In this document: piece after piece, positions 62,194-64,000 of the stretch
How the letters are laid out: each line of letters begins with the position of its first letter
Position numbering within the stretch: the first letter of the stretch is position 1
Source: an uncultured Acidobacteriota bacterium
GTDB taxonomy: Bacteria > Acidobacteriota > UBA6911 > RPQK01 > JAPXNP01
Assembly: GCA_963777605.1 (NCBI GenBank)
Contig: CAVZRV010000011.1
Coordinates: 448,001-512,000, forward strand
Length of the DNA stretch: 64,000 nt
Reading direction: 5' to 3'
The notes under the pieces: generated by a model
What the model was told of the DNA's origin: nothing
The model's database searches: none
Seen by the model: only the letters and a program-made list of their open reading frames with translations
Program-made: the position numbers and the translations under genes

Positions 62194-64000
62194 ATGCCCC
62201 ATTTACACCGATCGTTGATCCTGGTTGTCCTCTCCCTTCTGGTTGTCGACGGCTCTATTGCCTCCCAGGCTGAGGGCAAAGATTCCTCCCCCGTCGCCTC
62301 CGACTCGTTCAGCGGACTCGCACTTCGCGGGATCGGTCCGGCGACAATGTCCGGACGCATTTCCGATATTGCGGTAGACGCGGCCCATCCCGACACCTGG
62401 TATCTCGGGGTCGCCTCCGGCGGCGTCTGGAAGACCACCAATGCGGGGACAACCTGGAGCCCGATCTTCGACGGCCAGGGGTCGTACTCAACCGGAGTCG
62501 TCGTCATCGACCCCAACAACCCCCTAACGGTCTGGGTCGGGACCGGAGAGAACAACTCGCAGCGCTCGGTCAGCTATGGCGACGGTGTTTACAAGTCGAT
62601 TGACGGGGGGAAGACCTGGAAGAATGTCGGCCTTGAGAAGTCGGAACACATCGGCAAAATCCTCATCGATCCACGCGACAGCGACACGGTTTACGTTGCC
62701 GCACAGGGCCCACTCTGGGCAGCGGGCGGTGACCGGGGGCTCTACAAAACCACCGATGGAGGCCAGACCTGGAACAAGGCCCTCGATATCAGCGAGAACA
62801 CCGGGGTCAACGAAGTCGTCTGCGATCCCCGCAACCCCGATATACTGCTGGCCTCGTCCTACCAGCGACGGCGCCATGTCTGGACTCTTGTTGACGGCGG
62901 GCCGGAATCGGCGATCTACCGATCGGCTGACGCCGGAGCGACCTGGACGAAGGTAGACAACGGCCTTCCCAAGGTTCAACTGGGACGCATGGGGCTCGCG
63001 GTTGCTCCCTCCCAGCCGGATACCGTCTATGCGATCGTCGAAGCGCAGGAGGGGAAAAGTGGGTTGTTCCGGTCAATCGACGGAGGAATCAACTGGGAGA
63101 AAAGAAGCGACTACGTCAGCAGCTCGCCCCAGTACTACAACGAGTTGGTCGTTGATCCAATGAACCCTGATCGAGTCTACGCCATGGACACGTTCCTGCA
63201 TCGCAGCGACGACGGCGGGAAGACCTGGTACCGGTACCCGGAACGAACCAAACATGTGGACAACCACGCTCTCTGGATCGACCCGGCCAACACCCTTCAC
63301 CTGCTGGCGGGCTGTGACGGGGGATTTTACGAGAGCCGGGACCGGGGAGAGACCTGGGATTTCTTCGCAAACCTTCCCGTCACCCAGTTCTACACGGCCA
63401 CTCCGGACAACGATTTCCCGTTCTACAACGTCTACGGCGGTACCCAGGACAACGCCACCCAGGGAGGTCCCAGCCGAACCAGGAATCGCCGGGGCATCGT
63501 CAACTCCGACTGGTACGTCACCGTCTTCGGCGACGGCTTCAAGACCCGGGTCGATCCTGAGAACCCGGACATTCTCTACTCGCAGTCCCAGTACGGCAAC
63601 CTCGTTCGATACGATCGGAAAAGCGGAGAGGCCATCGATGTCCAGCCCCAACCGGCACCCGGCGATGCCCCGCTTCGATGGAACTGGAACTCGCCGCTCA
63701 TCATCAGTCCGCACTCCCACACCCGACTCTACTTTGCCGCCCAGCGGATCTTTCGCAGTGATGATCGGGGAGACTCCTGGACCCCGGTCAGCCCTGATCT
63801 CAGCCGCGACCTCGACCGCAACAAGCTGGATGTAATGGGCCGGGTCTGGAGCGTAGATGCTGTCGCGAAAAACGCCTCGACTTCCTTCTACGGCAGCATT
63901 GTGACACTGTCCGAGTCGCCTTTGGTCGATGGTCTGATCTATGCCGGAACGGATGACGGACTGATCCAGGTCACCGAGAATGGCGGGCAGAGTTGGCGAA
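62194..64000 (+). CDS. Secreted VPS10/BNR-repeat glycosyl hydrolase-like protein (3' truncated)
   Basis: Not in the ORF track (no stop in window). Signal peptide, RGIGPATMSGRISDI, repeated S/T-x-D-G-G-x-T/S-W Asp-boxes, YGGTQDN. Confidence 0.9.
   Translation, partial: MPHLHRSLILVVLSLLVVDGSIASQAEGKDSSPVASDSFSGLALRGIGPATMSGRISDIAVDAAHPDTWYLGVASGGVWKTTNAGTTWSPIFDGQGSYSTGVVVIDPNNPLTVWVGTGENNSQRSVSYGDGVYKSIDGGKTWKNVGLEKSEHIGKILIDPRDSDTVYVAAQGPLWAAGGDRGLYKTTDGGQTWNKALDISENTGVNEVVCDPRNPDILLASSYQRRRHVWTLVDGGPESAIYRSADAGATWTKVDNGLPKVQLGRMGLAVAPSQPDTVYAIVEAQEGKSGLFRSIDGGINWEKRSDYVSSSPQYYNELVVDPMNPDRVYAMDTFLHRSDDGGKTWYRYPERTKHVDNHALWIDPANTLHLLAGCDGGFYESRDRGETWDFFANLPVTQFYTATPDNDFPFYNVYGGTQDNATQGGPSRTRNRRGIVNSDWYVTVFGDGFKTRVDPENPDILYSQSQYGNLVRYDRKSGEAIDVQPQPAPGDAPLRWNWNSPLIISPHSHTRLYFAAQRIFRSDDRGDSWTPVSPDLSRDLDRNKLDVMGRVWSVDAVAKNASTSFYGSIVTLSESPLVDGLIYAGTDDGLIQVTENGGQSWR

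Overview
GC-rich bacterial chromosome segment. Its gene content (VPS10/BNR protein, TPR-CHAT protein, YpdA, Tat-exported Gfo/Idh/MocA, anti-sigma-vWA fusion) suggests Acidobacteriota or a similar lineage, which is an inference. Housekeeping genes are asnS (3' end), folD, hom, ihf/merR, der, tRNA-Val(CAC), ndk, sucCD, cbiMQO/nikMQO, kynU-kynB, ubiX, ribA, recG-rsmD, coaD and a divergent pyr cluster. Accessory blocks are a surface-glycan block with a flippase-GT4 fusion, a sugar-catabolic cluster and two ECF sigma modules. No CRISPR array, integrase, transposase or rRNA was seen. Most notable: (1) an ECF sigma / ZAS anti-sigma-TPR / membrane-anchored TPR-CHAT (caspase-like) operon sits between rsmD and coaD; (2) -10 boxes recur 6-10 nt before start codons, suggesting widespread leaderless mRNAs; (3) several families of REP/MITE-like palindromes occur, with GTAGGAC heads coinciding with stop codons; (4) an anti-sigma-vWA gene has a scrambled middle of about 700 bp. 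Four isolated +1 frameshifts suggest uncorrected long-read indel errors, so the broken genes should not be taken as true pseudogenes without read data.
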